DNA of 64,000 bases from NCBI RefSeq assembly GCF_054482595.1, contig NZ_CM137008.1; one strand, 5' to 3'. The notes beneath the pieces were generated by a model. It saw only the letters and a program-made list of their open reading frames with translations, did no database searches and had not been told where the DNA came from. Position 1 is the stretch's first letter. Each line of letters starts with the position of its first letter. Shown one piece after another: positions 40,501 through 54,460 of this stretch. Position numbers and translations under genes: made by a program.

Positions 40501-41828
40501 GCATTGCCTTTGTTATCGTAGGCAACCGCAGAAATCGCATAATAATTGTTTTTACCTGGACGATAAGCCGGGAGCGTTACTTGCCACTGACTACCCTGAC
40601 CGGTAATTTTGCCACCTTCAGCCAGTAATGACGGCGCTTCCCACTGCACATTTTTCAGTCCGTGAGTTGCTTTGCTGACCACAAGCCCCAGGGAAAGTGT
40701 CTGACCGCCCTTACCTTCAATACGCTCAGGCAGAGCAATACGGATCACCTCAGATTTGCGGTACTCAAGAACGATGTTGTTATTACGCTCAACCAGGTCA
40801 TAGCGGCTGCCTGCCAGTACCCGACGCTCGCGAATGCTATCCGTATCGAGTTGTTTCGCCAAAGGTTCGCCAATTCGGTAGTTAACTTCCAGGCCAAAGC
40901 GAGTGTCATTCTCACCGCTCTTGCCCTGCTTATGCCCGGCGCTCAGTGTCAGAAGAGGCACTGGCGTATAGGTCACCTCGGCAGAAATCGCATGCGGGTC
41001 TTTCTGGCGCTTATCTTTACCAAACAGCCCGACTTCATCGCCATAATACTGTTCATACATCAGGCTTGCGCCAAGCTGCGGCCAGGCAGGTAAATAGCCC
41101 TCTGCGCGGATATCCCAACCATTCGCCGGGCGTTCCTGATAATCCTCAATATCCGGCGATTTTTTCCAGCCAGAAGCCCGAATATAACCATTGGCGCTCA
41201 GTTTCAAATAATCACGCCAGTATTCCGCACCAACACCAATGCGGGTATGACTACGGGATAAATCATGGTCGATAAAGGTGTTCACCCCCGCCATCCAGTC
41301 ATTTCCTGAAAAATGACGCCAGCCAAAACCAATATTTGACTGAGTACGATCGTCGGTACGATGTATTGCTCCCTGAGTGAACAACATATTTGTTGGCGTA
41401 TCATAAATCGGATAAAGCATTTCCAGCGAAGAATCCTTCAGCGAGAAATTTTTATCGACATTCAGTTTGACGCGCGCAGTACCGTATTTCCCGAGCCACT
41501 CCTGTATTTCCTGGTTAGCTTTAGCGGTGGCCATTCCGGTAATAAAGTTACGTGTCGCATCGCTATCTGGCTGACTGCTTAAAAATGTCCCGGCATTTGC
41601 GGCAAACGACGCGACATTTTTCTCCACGTTATTATCAGCAGTTACCGTAGTATTTCCCATGCTCAACCGTGGCTGAACCGCATGCTGCGCACGTGCCGCC
41701 ATTACTGGGGTAAAGGTGACAGCGAGTGGAAAAAGAACCTGAACAGAGATATTTGCCCACGCCACGCAGCGGGCCAGAACTGAATAACGAAATCGTGGTT
41801 GTTTATGACCTGTTTTATAACGTGACAT
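37575..41828 (-). CDS. fdeC: intimin/invasin-family inverse autotransporter adhesin with tandem bacterial Ig-like domains, 1417 aa
   Basis: N-terminal signal and beta-barrel region followed by many Ig-like repeats (recurring ...VTLTxVDxxGNPV... units); single uninterrupted ORF. Confidence 0.85.
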   Translation of the reverse strand: MSRYKTGHKQPRFRYSVLARCVAWANISVQVLFPLAVTFTPVMAARAQHAVQPRLSMGNTTVTADNNVEKNVASFAANAGTFLSSQPDSDATRNFITGMATAKANQEIQEWLGKYGTARVKLNVDKNFSLKDSSLEMLYPIYDTPTNMLFTQGAIHRTDDRTQSNIGFGWRHFSGNDWMAGVNTFIDHDLSRSHTRIGVGAEYWRDYLKLSANGYIRASGWKKSPDIEDYQERPANGWDIRAEGYLPAWPQLGASLMYEQYYGDEVGLFGKDKRQKDPHAISAEVTYTPVPLLTLSAGHKQGKSGENDTRFGLEVNYRIGEPLAKQLDTDSIRERRVLAGSRYDLVERNNNIVLEYRKSEVIRIALPERIEGKGGQTLSLGLVVSKATHGLKNVQWEAPSLLAEGGKITGQGSQWQVTLPAYRPGKNNYYAISAVAYDNKGNASKRVQTEVVITGAGMSADRTALTLDGQSRIQMLANGNEQKPLVLSLRDAEGQPVTGMKDQIKTELTFKPAGNIVTRSLKATKSQAKPTLGEFTETEAGVYQSVFTTGTQSGEATITVSVDGMSKTVTAELRATMMDVANSTLSANEPSGDVVADGQQAYTLTLTAVDSEGNPVTGEASRLRFVPQDTNGVTVGAISEIKPGVYSATVSSTRAGNVVVRAFSEQYQLGTLQQTLKFVAGPLDAAHSSITLNPDKPVVGGTVTAIWTVKDAYDNPVTSLTPEAPSLAGAAAEGSTASGWTNNGDGTWTAQITLGSTAGELEVMPKLNGQNAAANAAKVTVVADALSSNQSKVSVAEDHVKAGESTTVTLVAKDAHGNAISGLALSASLTGTASEGATVSSWTEKGDGSYVATLTTGGKTGELRVMPLFNGQPAATEAAQLTVIAGEMSSANSTLVADNKAPTVKTTTELTFTVKDAYGNPVTGLKPDAPVFSGAASTGSERPSAGNWTEKGNGVYVSTLTLGSAAGQLSVMPRVNGQNAVAQPLVLNVAGDASKAEIRDMTVKFNNQLANGQSANQITLTVVDSYGNPLQGQEVTLTLPQGVTSKTGNTVTTNAAGKVDIELMSTVAGEHNISASVNGAQKTVTVKFNADASTGQANLQVDTAVQKVANGKDAFTLTATVEDKNGNPVPGSLVTFNLPRGVKPLTGDNVWVKANDEGKAELQVVSVTAGTYEITASAGNSQPSDTQTITFVADKATATVSGIEVMGNYALADGKAKQTYKVTVTDANNNLVKDSDVTLTASPASLNLEPNGTATTNEQGQAIFTATTTVAATYKLTAQVSQTNGQVSTKTAESKFVADDKNAVLTASSDMQSLVADGKSTAKLEVTLMSANNPVGGNMWVDIQTPEGVTEEDYQFLPSKNDHFVSGKITRTFSTSKPGVYTFTFNALTYGGYEMKPVTVTITAVDANTATGEEAMK

Positions 41829-42378
41829 TGAGATAATTTCCTGATGAACGAATTAACGAACATAGGCAGACACAAATAATGGCGTCTGCTTGTCAGAAAA
41901 ACCGGGGATTTCCCGGTTTCCTTTTCCGCAGAAAAGGAAATACCTTTATGTAAGAAAGTACACCGCCACCTAATATATCCAGTGCCTGTAGCCACTCATC
42001 AGGTGGTTGGGCGCGGGATTATATTTTTATTTATGGGTGAAAATTTAGCTTTTTGTGCAAGTCATTAAATAGATACTTAAGTTATATTTCTTACTCTGTG
42101 GACAGTGAATAATTCATTATTCAGAGTGAATAATAATGACCTACCTTTAATTAGCAACTATTGGAAATACGTCGAAGTAGGTATATACGCCAGGATAAAC
42201 CGATATATTTTTTATGGATATTCATTTTCCTTTATCGGACTGTAAATTGCGGAGATATCGAACTTGCACTACCCATCGCAACACTCAAACAGATTTATGA
42301 ATTTTGTTCATAACCCCTGACAAATCCTGCCGTCTAATCGAGCTTTTCCCTTTACGTTATGCTTCTCATGAACGATAA

Positions 42379-45246
<2,868 letters not shown>

Positions 45247-45603
45247 CTATTATTTTAGCCACATTATTAGTAACAATGATAATCTGGCTGTATCGAAAAT
45301 AATTCTAAACTTTCAGGAGATTTATTATGAATAAACGTATCCTCACGATTGTGCCATTCTTCTTACCGATATTCTGACACATATCATCAATTTTCGAGTT
45401 TTACTCTTTTCTCCACCATAAAATCAATAAAAGCACGAACTTTAGAGGGCATTCTCATCCGTGATGAAACATAAATATAAAATCCAGGAAATGAAACAGC
45501 CCAATCCTCAAGAATCGGCTGTAACTTGCCCGCATTGATATGTTCAGCGATTGCAAAATCCAGATGTTGAATGATACCCGTTCCATTCAGCGTGGATTTG
45601 CCC

Positions 45604-46509
45604 CTATATTTCCAGACACCTGTTATCACTTAACCCATTACTGGCTTGCTGCCGTAGATATTCCCGTGGCGAGCGATAACCCAGTGCACTATGCGGATGC
45701 CATTCGTTATAATGCTCGAATGCCTCTGCAAGGTTCTTTGCTGCCGTTAACCCGTCTGGTTTGGGCATGACACTGATGTAGTCACGCTTTATCGTTTTCA
45801 CGAAGCTCTCTGCTATGCCGTTACTCTCCGGACTCCGCACCGCCGTGTTCTTCGGTTCAAGCCCCAACATCCGGGCAAACTGCCGTGTTTCATTAGCCCG
45901 GTAGCATGAACCATTATCCGTCAGCCACTCTACTGGAGACGCCGGAAGCTCGTTGCCGAAACGGCGTTCCACCGCTCCCAGCATGACGTCCTGTACTGTT
46001 TCACTGTTGAAGCCGCCCGTAGTGACCGCCCAGTGCAGTGCCTCACGGTCACAGCAGTCCAGCGCGAACGTGACTCGCAGTTTTTCTCCGTTATCACAGC
46101 GGAACTCGAACCCGTCAGAGCACCATCGCTGATTACTTTCTTTCACAGCCACTCTGCCGGTATGTGCCCGTTTCGATGGCGGTACAGCGGGTTTTCGCTC
46201 AAGCAACAGCGCATTCTGGCGCATGATCCGGTAAATACGTTTGGCATTGATCGCAGGCATACCATCAAGTTCGGCCTGTCTGCGAAGCAGCGCCCATACC
46301 CGACGATAACCATATGTGGGCAGCTCTCCGATAACATGGTGTATACGGAGAAGCACATCCGTATCATCTGAGTGACGGCTGCGGCGACCATCTTTCCAGT
46401 CATCGGTTCGTCTGAGAATGACGTGCAACTGCGCACGCGACACCCGGAGACAACGGCTGACTAAGCTTACTCCCCATCCCCGGGCAATAAGGGCGCGTGC
46501 GCTATCCAC
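45604..46509 (-). CDS. insD: IS2 transposase OrfB (DDE integrase domain), 301 aa
   Basis: Sequence matches IS2 InsD ([23 protein letters not shown]...); DDE-type catalytic region. Confidence 0.93.
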
Positions 46510-46832
46510 TTTTTTGCACGCCCGTATTCAACGGCTTCTTTAAGGAGTTCATTTTCCATCGTTTTTTTGCCGAGCAGGCGCTGGAGTTCTTTAATCTGCT
46601 TCATGGCGGCAGCAAGTTCAGAGGCAGGAACGACCTGTTCTCCTGCGGCCACAGCAGTAAGACTTCCCTCCTGGTATTGCTTGCGCCAGAGAAATAACTG
46701 GCTGGCTGCCACACCGTGTTGCCGGGCAACAAGGGAGACTGTCATTCCCGGTTCAAAACTCTGCTGAACAATAGCGATCTTTTCCTGTGTAGTACGCCGT
46801 CTGCGTTTCTCCGGTCCTAAGACATCAATCAT
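46467..46832 (-). CDS. insC: IS2 OrfA (HTH transposase N-terminal protein), 121 aa
   Basis: Starts [24 protein letters not shown]; overlaps insD in the -1 frame as expected for programmed frameshifting. Confidence 0.9.
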
Positions 46833-47805
46833 CTGCTCTCCAATGACTAGTCTAAAAACTAGTATTAAGACTATCACTTAAATAAGTGATATTGGTTGTC
46901 TGGAGATTCAGGGGGCCAGTCTACAGCGCCATTCGTATCATGCTTTCGTCATCATTAGAAATATACTTACCTGAAACCTCTATTTCGAACTCTTCATTAC
47001 CCCCCACAACATTAGAAAACTCCCATGCAGAGAGTGCACCGCTACTTTTATGCCGCAACCGAAGGCAATTATGGTTACTCAGTTCCTGAGGCGTTTCAGG
47101 AATACCGTGTTCTTTTAAATAATCTGGCGATGCCACAGTAACCAGTTTAATAAGCGGAGAAACAGGAACGGCAGTCATATGCTCATCCAGTCCTTGCTCA
47201 AGACGTATGCCCACATCACAGCCGTCCGCAATAATGTTAGATAAACCGTCATCCATAATGAGTTCTATCTTTGTTTTGGGGTAACGAGTAAGAAACTCGC
47301 CAATATGAGGCTCAACAAGCATCCGTGCTGCAACACGGGAGGAATTTATTCTCAACAGGCCTGTAGGTTCAAGTTGGGTATCACCAACATCTTTCAAAGC
47401 ATCATCAATTTGCCCCAAAGCCGACACCAGCACTTCATACAGACGCTGTCCTTCCTCAGTAAGCGACATATTGCGGGTCGTACGGTATATCAGCTTGGTG
47501 TTAAGACGTTCCTCAAGAGATTTTAAATTCTGGGACAATGCGGCCCGCGTAATACCCATTTCAGAAGCGGCTCTGGAAAAACTGCCGGCACGAACAATCA
47601 GCGCAAACCAGGCAAGAGAAGGCAAAATTGAAGGCTCTATTTTCATCATTGTAAACCTTAACTTAACACTGTGATAGATATTAGACCATTGATGATAACC
47701 AATACAAGTCATACTATTACGCCGTTCTCGATATGAACACGAATGCCAGTTGCGGATAATAGAAATGATATTTAAATCTGTTTAGGCAAATCCCCGGAGC
47801 TTGAA

Positions 47806-48726
47806 ATGAAAACTGTTTCGATAAAACACACTTACTGGGATATAGCTGCTGATATCTATTTCCCTGACGATTTTAATAGTGAAAAAAAGTATCCTGCCAT
47901 TATCAGCGCCCATCCAATTGGAAGCTGCAAAGAACAGACATCGGGTAGTGTGTATGGTGCCGCCCTGGCAAAAGCTGGCTTTATCGTCATTGCTTTTGAT
48001 GCCAGTTTTCAGGGAAGCAGCGGTGGGGAACCGCGTTATCTGGAAGATCCAACAATGCGAGTAAAAGACTTCAGCATTGTCGTTGATTACCTTACCAGCT
48101 TACCTTACGTTGATGCCGGGCGTATTGGTGTACTGGGTATTTGTGGTGGAGGTGGATATGCCATTAATGCCGCAATGACAGAACGTCGAATTAAAGCTAT
48201 TGGTACTGTCACGGGTGCAAACTACGGGCGTCTTATGCGTGAGGGATTTACAGCGTTTAATCCTATCGGAGCACTCGAAGCAATGGCGCAACAAAGAACA
48301 GACGAAGCTAACGGCGCAAAACTTCGCGTAGATGATTTACTCCCCTCTTCTCCGGATGCAGCTCTTGAAGCGGGATTAACAGAAATAGACCTTTTTGAAG
48401 CCACAGAATATTATCGTTCGCCACGAGGCTATGCACCTAATGGGGTAAATCGTTCGCTATTCTCACATCAGACTGTTGCCGTGGGTTGGGATGCATTTCA
48501 TCTTGCAGAAGTCCTGTTAACTCAACCAATAATGGTTGTGGTGGGCGATAGAGTGGGCGCATTTGGTGCCTACCGTGACGGCTGCGAAATTATTGGCCGC
48601 GCTGCTTCAAAACATAAAGAGCTGGTCGTGGTTGAAGGTTATTCACATTACGACCTGTATGATAAGCCAGAACCTGTGAAACAGGCACTCGATAAATTAA
48701 TTCCTTTTTATAAAACACATTTATAA
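47806..48726 (+). CDS. alpha/beta-fold hydrolase (dienelactone hydrolase-like), 306 aa
   Basis: Nucleophile-elbow-like GICGGGGYA with Cys in the nucleophile position; C-terminal His region (GYSHYDLY). Confidence 0.65.
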   Translation: MKTVSIKHTYWDIAADIYFPDDFNSEKKYPAIISAHPIGSCKEQTSGSVYGAALAKAGFIVIAFDASFQGSSGGEPRYLEDPTMRVKDFSIVVDYLTSLPYVDAGRIGVLGICGGGGYAINAAMTERRIKAIGTVTGANYGRLMREGFTAFNPIGALEAMAQQRTDEANGAKLRVDDLLPSSPDAALEAGLTEIDLFEATEYYRSPRGYAPNGVNRSLFSHQTVAVGWDAFHLAEVLLTQPIMVVVGDRVGAFGAYRDGCEIIGRAASKHKELVVVEGYSHYDLYDKPEPVKQALDKLIPFYKTHL

Positions 48727-48960
48727 TAATTTTACAGGGAGATCCCTTATCTCCCTGACATTTATCCTTTATTGACTACACAACAATAATAAAATTACTC
48801 AAAAAGAAATTTCATTAAAAAACAAAAAAGCAGCAACTCAATTATTAGAAACACTTTAAAGGGATTATAAATAAAGCCAGAACTCTTGGTTCCAAAGCTG
48901 GCAACAACTAACCAGTTAAAACATTCGCATCAAAATCAGATAAACATTTGAGGTATTGTT

Positions 48961-50103
48961 ATGACAAATAAACACCCATCATTGTTTTCTCCTTTTATGC
49001 TGACAGAAAAAATAAAGCTACGTAATCGTATCGTTATGGCTCCTATGACGACCTGGTCAGCGAATCCTGATGGAACCATCTCTGAGCAAGAACTCGAATT
49101 TTATAAACGCCGCTCACAAAATGTTGGTTTAGTAATAACAGGATGTACCTATGTCACGCCAAGCGGCATTGGGTTTACTCATGAATTTGCCGCATATGAC
49201 GACCGTTTCATTAACAGCCTTGAAAAGTTAGCAGCGGCAGCCCAAAGTGGGGGTGCTCCGGCTATTTTGCAGATTTTCCACGCCGGTAATAAAGCCATCC
49301 CGGAGCTTGTACCAAATAACGATGTTATTAGTGCCAGCGCATCAAGCGTAAAAAATGGTGACTTTATGAAGAGAGTGGTACAAAGCAGGGAAATGACTGA
49401 AAACGAAATTCAGGAAACCATTAGAGCATTCGGAGATGTCACAAAAAGGGCGATTAAAGCAGGTTTTGATGGCATTGAACTTCATGGTGCGCACGGATTC
49501 CTTCTACAGAATTTCTTCTCCCCTCTATTTAACCAGCGTAATGACCGATGGGGAGGAGATCTCGAAGGACGTATGCGCTTCCCGCTGGCCGTATTACAGG
49601 AAGTAAAAAATGTAGTCTATGAATATGCGACAAAGCCCTTTGCCATCGGTTACAGAATATCTCCTGAAGAATCTGCAACAGGGGGGCTGCGGATAGAGGA
49701 TACTTATAAACTCCTTGATCGGCTCATTTCATCCGGTATTTCGTATATACATACCTCGCTGGTCAGTATTAACGATAGCTACCCTGTTGAGTCGCCAAAT
49801 GGCCCCCGAACTATTGAATTGATTTTAAATCATATTGCAGGCAGAGTGCCGGTAATCGCTGCAGGTAAAATACGCACACCGTCTCAGGCTCAAGAAGCAA
49901 TTTCCACTGGCCTGCCACTTGTTGCGATCGGTAAAGGGCTGGTGATAAATCCAGAATGGGTGACTTTAGCTGAATCAGGTAGAGGCCATGAAATTCAAAC
50001 AACCCTTAATCCACAACTTGTTCCTGAATTAACCATTCCGGATAAACTATGGGATCAAATTCAGGCATCGAAAGGAACTGGCTGGTTTCCGTTAATGGAT
50101 TAA
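48961..50103 (+). CDS. Old Yellow Enzyme-family NADH:flavin oxidoreductase, 380 aa
   Basis: OYE signature LHGAHGFLLQNFFSPLFNQRNDRWGG and TIM-barrel FMN-binding pattern. Confidence 0.85.
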   Translation: MTNKHPSLFSPFMLTEKIKLRNRIVMAPMTTWSANPDGTISEQELEFYKRRSQNVGLVITGCTYVTPSGIGFTHEFAAYDDRFINSLEKLAAAAQSGGAPAILQIFHAGNKAIPELVPNNDVISASASSVKNGDFMKRVVQSREMTENEIQETIRAFGDVTKRAIKAGFDGIELHGAHGFLLQNFFSPLFNQRNDRWGGDLEGRMRFPLAVLQEVKNVVYEYATKPFAIGYRISPEESATGGLRIEDTYKLLDRLISSGISYIHTSLVSINDSYPVESPNGPRTIELILNHIAGRVPVIAAGKIRTPSQAQEAISTGLPLVAIGKGLVINPEWVTLAESGRGHEIQTTLNPQLVPELTIPDKLWDQIQASKGTGWFPLMD

Positions 50104-50576
50104 ATATCTATTACTCTCCCGAGAGTAAAACTATCAAATCAATGAGTAACCGATACAGCCTCACAAATTCTTTCAAATAATTAACCCGTCACTGCGGCAC
50201 GTTCTCTCATAAGGCGTGCCTGCAGTGTAATCCAGTATGTATCCGGCATAGTTGACGGTTTAATAGAGCTCAATTCCTCGCCCAGGTTACCAACAACGAT
50301 ATCTTGTATAACACCCCAGGAGATACGACATTATGATGAGATGCGATATGCTCCTCAGCGCCAATTAACGCCAGGACTGGGCCAGTCTTGAGATCAGACT
50401 CATTCCCGGAACTGACTTCAGGCGACATATATCAATGACGTTGGTGCAATAAAAGATAGCCGATGTAATACATCTATTCAAATTTGTGATACATGTCAAA
50501 AAATTGGTTGACCAAACTCGTTATTTATATAAGGGCACTTACGAAGTGCGCTCTTTTTTAAAGCGAGGAAGTACCA

Positions 50577-50678
50577 ATGAAAGAGAATAAAGTACAACAA
50601 ATCAGTCATAAACTGATTAATATCGTTGTTTTTGTCGCAATTGTAGAATACGCCTATTTATTTCTCCATTTCTATTAA
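50577..50678 (+). CDS. candidate small membrane protein, 33 aa (MKENKVQQISHKLINIVVFVAIVEYAYLFLHFY); possibly ykgR-like
   Basis: ATG with GAGGAAG ribosome-binding site 6 nt upstream; one hydrophobic helix; too short for the ORF track. Confidence 0.4.
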   Translation: MKENKVQQISHKLINIVVFVAIVEYAYLFLHFY

Positions 50679-51012
50679 TAACGGCAATAAACTGTTCACT
50701 TCAGTGATATTTAAAATATGCATCCTCTCCCTTTTTGTAAGTAATTATTATATCCGTGGGAGAGGAATACACGCTGTCAGGTAATCAATCATACTGCGAT
50801 AAATCATCGGCCAGTAAAGTGGAGATAACCTCCATTCTCGAAAAATCCATACTCTCAGCGAAACTATCATCAATCACTCATCCAGGCGTTTATGGGAGCG
50901 TCGCCAATGGCTGTTAACAATGCCAGACTTCCCCGTTGCGGAAATTCCACATACCACTAATGGTCACAGGGATTGGGTGTTGAAATGATCCGGATGAGCA
51001 TGTATCTTTATG

Positions 51013-51030
51013 GTTATGTTATAACATAAC
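51013..51030. promoter_or_regulatory. Zur box (perfect palindrome gttatgttataacataac) upstream of ykgM
   Basis: 18-bp perfect palindrome about 10 bp upstream of the ykgM start; matches the Zur operator pattern known for the zinc-repressed ykgM-ykgO operon. Confidence 0.8.
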
Positions 51031-51041
51031 AGGTAAAAATG

Positions 51042-51305
51042 ATGAAGCCCAATATCCATCCTGAGTATCGTACTGTGGTGTTCCACGACACCAGTGTTGA
51101 TGAGTACTTTAAAATCGGCTCGACTATCAAAACAGACCGTGAGATTGAGCTGGATGGCGTAACGTATCCGTACGTAACAATTGATGTCTCTTCGAAATCG
51201 CACCCGTTCTATACAGGGAAGCTGAGAACAGTGGCATCAGAAGGAAATGTTGCACGGTTCACCCAACGTTTTGGTCGTTTTGTTAGCACGAAAAAGGGGG
51301 CATGA
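51042..51305 (+). CDS. ykgM: ribosomal protein L31 paralog (type B, zinc-independent), 87 aa
   Basis: [27 protein letters not shown]...; lacks the CxxC zinc ribbon; preceded by the Zur box. Confidence 0.93.
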
Positions 51306-51445
51306 TGAAAGTCCTTAACTCTCTGCGTACCGCAAAAGAACGCCATCCAGACTGTCAGATTGTGAAGCGAAAAGGACGGCTGTATGTGATTTGTAAATCT
51401 AATCCACGTTTTAAGGCCGTTCAGGGTCGTAAGAAAAAACGTTGA
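51305..51445 (+). CDS. ykgO: ribosomal protein L36 paralog, 46 aa
   Basis: [46 protein letters not shown]; start overlaps the ykgM stop (ATGA). Confidence 0.88.
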   Translation: MKVLNSLRTAKERHPDCQIVKRKGRLYVICKSNPRFKAVQGRKKKR

Positions 51446-51495
51446 TTTAAAATTCGACGAATTAACGATATTTGTCTGATTAATAATCAGACCGG

Positions 51496-51534
51496 ATTAA
51501 TGTTGGTGTATTTATTACACCAGCATTAATTTTC
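51496..51534 (+). terminator. candidate intrinsic terminator of the ykgM-ykgO operon
   Basis: 15-bp stem (one mismatch) attaatgttggtgta/tacaccagcattaat with loop tttat, followed by a short T-rich tail (ttttcc). Confidence 0.5.
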
Positions 51535-52254
51535 CTGGGGATGTATCTTCCTGTTCATTTAAGGTCAACTGCCTGACGTTTCTCTCCGAATATTCCATTA
51601 TATTAATGTTGACTTGTTGACCAGCTTCGCCCCTGTATGCTGGCATCAACCCTCTTTTAGACTGAACACGCCACTCAGTTTCCTCCCTTTGCGACGCAGC
51701 CTGCATTTACACTCAAACTGTTAAGATGATAAATGTGGTAAATCTGTTGGTACTGACATAAAAACGTTTACGCCACAGGAACGGCCTGATCCACCGGTAA
51801 CCCCATCGCCGACGTTCGAGTGCCAGTTAGAGTAACGCGCACAGATAACTGCACTCAGTGCCCTGGCAAAGAGGCCATCGTTCCTGTGACAACTGGCAGT
51901 CTTCGTTTAACTTCACTTAATTTGGCTCTTAGGGGGCTTACCGGACAGATGAAATACTTACACCTGTTTAATTTTTCATCACTTATTGGGATGAACACCC
52001 ATAACCATTTTGTGCGGCATGTTAATCCATTAAAACACCTTACTGATTGGCAAATCATCTTTAATTATGACTCATGATAGTTTTATATTCTATTTCTTAT
52101 CATTTAAACTTGTTTTTTTACTAGTCCATTACACAACACATTAAGACTATTCCTAACACCTCAGGGCAAAGTTCCTGGCTAATATAAAATGCAAGTAAGA
52201 ATTGAACGATATATTGCCAATAACCTTATGAAACTGAATGTCTTTTTCTTCTTA

Positions 52255-53072
<818 letters not shown>

Positions 53073-53146
53073 ACTCCAGACAAGTTAGTTTTAAAAAATG
53101 ACTCACCGGGACTTCATGTCCTCAATTCAACTCGGGAAGAAAAGCA

Positions 53147-53734
53147 ATGAAAAAAAAGGTTCTGGCAATAGCTCTGGTAACGGTGTTTACCGGTATAGGT
53201 GTGGCGCAGGCTGCTGACGTAACAGCTCAGGCTGTAGCGACCTGGTCAGCAACAGCCAAAAAAGACACCACCAGTAAGCTGGTTGTGACGCCACTCGGTA
53301 GCCTGGCGTTCCAGTATGCCGAAGGCATTAAAGGTTTTAACTCACAGAAAGGTCTATTTGACGTGGCTATCGAGGGTGACTCAACGGCTACCGCCTTTAA
53401 ACTGACCTCACGTCTTATCACCAACACATTAACCCAGTTGGATACCTCAGGTTCCACACTGAATGTGGGCGTGGATTATAACGGCGCGGCAGTCGAAAAA
53501 ACTGGCGATACCGTGATGATCGATACCGCCAACGGCGTACTGGGCGGCAACCTTAGCCCGCTGGCTAACGGTTACAATGCCAGCAATCGTACCACCGCAC
53601 AGGATGGTTTCACCTTCTCCATCATCAGCGGCACCACCAATGGTACCACCGCAGTAACCGATTACAGCACTCTACCGGAAGGCATCTGGAGCGGCGACGT
53701 TAGCGTACAGTTCGACGCGACCTGGACCAGTTAA
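53147..53734 (+). CDS. ecpA: E. coli common pilus major subunit, 195 aa
   Basis: Signal peptide [22 protein letters not shown]; sequence matches EcpA/MatB. Confidence 0.95.
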   Translation: MKKKVLAIALVTVFTGIGVAQAADVTAQAVATWSATAKKDTTSKLVVTPLGSLAFQYAEGIKGFNSQKGLFDVAIEGDSTATAFKLTSRLITNTLTQLDTSGSTLNVGVDYNGAAVEKTGDTVMIDTANGVLGGNLSPLANGYNASNRTTAQDGFTFSIISGTTNGTTAVTDYSTLPEGIWSGDVSVQFDATWTS

Positions 53735-53749
53735 TCTCTCTGATGTACC

Positions 53750-53776
53750 AGCAGGGGTAGCCCCCCTGCTTTATTC
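53750..53776 (+). terminator. candidate attenuator/partial terminator after ecpA
   Basis: GC-rich stem agcagggg/cccctgct with short loop followed by ttattcc; sits between the major subunit gene and ecpB. Confidence 0.45.
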
Positions 53777-53791
53777 CTGGACGGAATTGTT

Positions 53792-54460
53792 ATGAAAAAG
53801 CACCTTCTGCTTCTCGCTCTGCTGTTATCCGGAATATCTCCGGCCCAGGCGCTGGATGTCGGCGATATATCATCGTTTATGAACAGTGACAGCAGCACGC
53901 TGAGCAAAACGATCAAAAACAGTACCGACAGTGGTCGCCTCATCAATATCCGTCTCGAACGGCTCTCTTCACCGCTTGACGACGGGCAGGTTATCGCAAT
54001 GGACAAGCCGGATGAGTTGCTACTCACTCCCGCCAGCTTGCTGCTACCCGCCCAAGCCAGCGAAGTGATCCGCTTCTTCTATAAGGGACCAGCAGATGAA
54101 AAAGAGCGCTACTACCGCATTGTCTGGTTTGATCAGGCCCTCAGTGATGCGCAGCGCGATAATGCCAACCGCAGCGCTGTGGCCACTGCTTCCGCCCGCA
54201 TCGGCACCATTCTGGTCGTCGCACCCCGCCAGGCAAACTACCACTTTCAGTACGCCAACGGCTCCCTGACAAATACAGGAAATGCGACGCTGCGGATCCT
54301 CGCCTACGGCCCCTGCCTGAAAGCCGCCAATGGTAAAGAGTGTAAAGAGAATTACTACCTGATGCCGGGCAAGTCGCGTCGTTTTACCCGCGTGGACACG
54401 GCGGATAACAAAGGACGGGTTGCACTTTGGCAGGGTGATAAGTTCATTCCCGTGAAATAG
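53792..54460 (+). CDS. ecpB: ECP periplasmic chaperone, 222 aa
   Basis: Signal peptide [20 protein letters not shown]; operon position and size. Confidence 0.92.
   Translation: MKKHLLLLALLLSGISPAQALDVGDISSFMNSDSSTLSKTIKNSTDSGRLINIRLERLSSPLDDGQVIAMDKPDELLLTPASLLLPAQASEVIRFFYKGPADEKERYYRIVWFDQALSDAQRDNANRSAVATASARIGTILVVAPRQANYHFQYANGSLTNTGNATLRILAYGPCLKAANGKECKENYYLMPGKSRRFTRVDTADNKGRVALWQGDKFIPVK

Larger units (their letters stand above)
45593..46923 (-). mobile_element. IS2 insertion sequence (IS3 family), 1331 bp, flanked by a 5-bp target-site duplication CAGCG
   Basis: Termini match the IS2 ends as I recall them (tggatttgcccctatatttccagaca... and ...gggggccagtcta); direct repeat cagcg at 45588-45592 and 46924-46928; A6G slippery heptamer at 46509-46515 in the insC/insD overlap. 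Confidence 0.93.
45387..47649 (-). pseudogene. LysR-family regulator gene disrupted by an IS2 insertion (N-terminal part 46924-47649, C-terminal remnant 45387-45592)
   Basis: N-terminal LysR HTH (FALIVRAGSFSRAASEMGITRAALSQNLKSLEERL) reads directly into the IS2 end at 46923; a LysR C-terminal fragment (...KLQPILEDWAVSFPGFYIYVSSR...) resumes after the other IS end. Confidence 0.8.

Noticed and set aside
38206..41275. Plus-strand ORFs of 60-143 aa inside fdeC
   Set aside because: Antisense to the continuous 1417-aa adhesin ORF.
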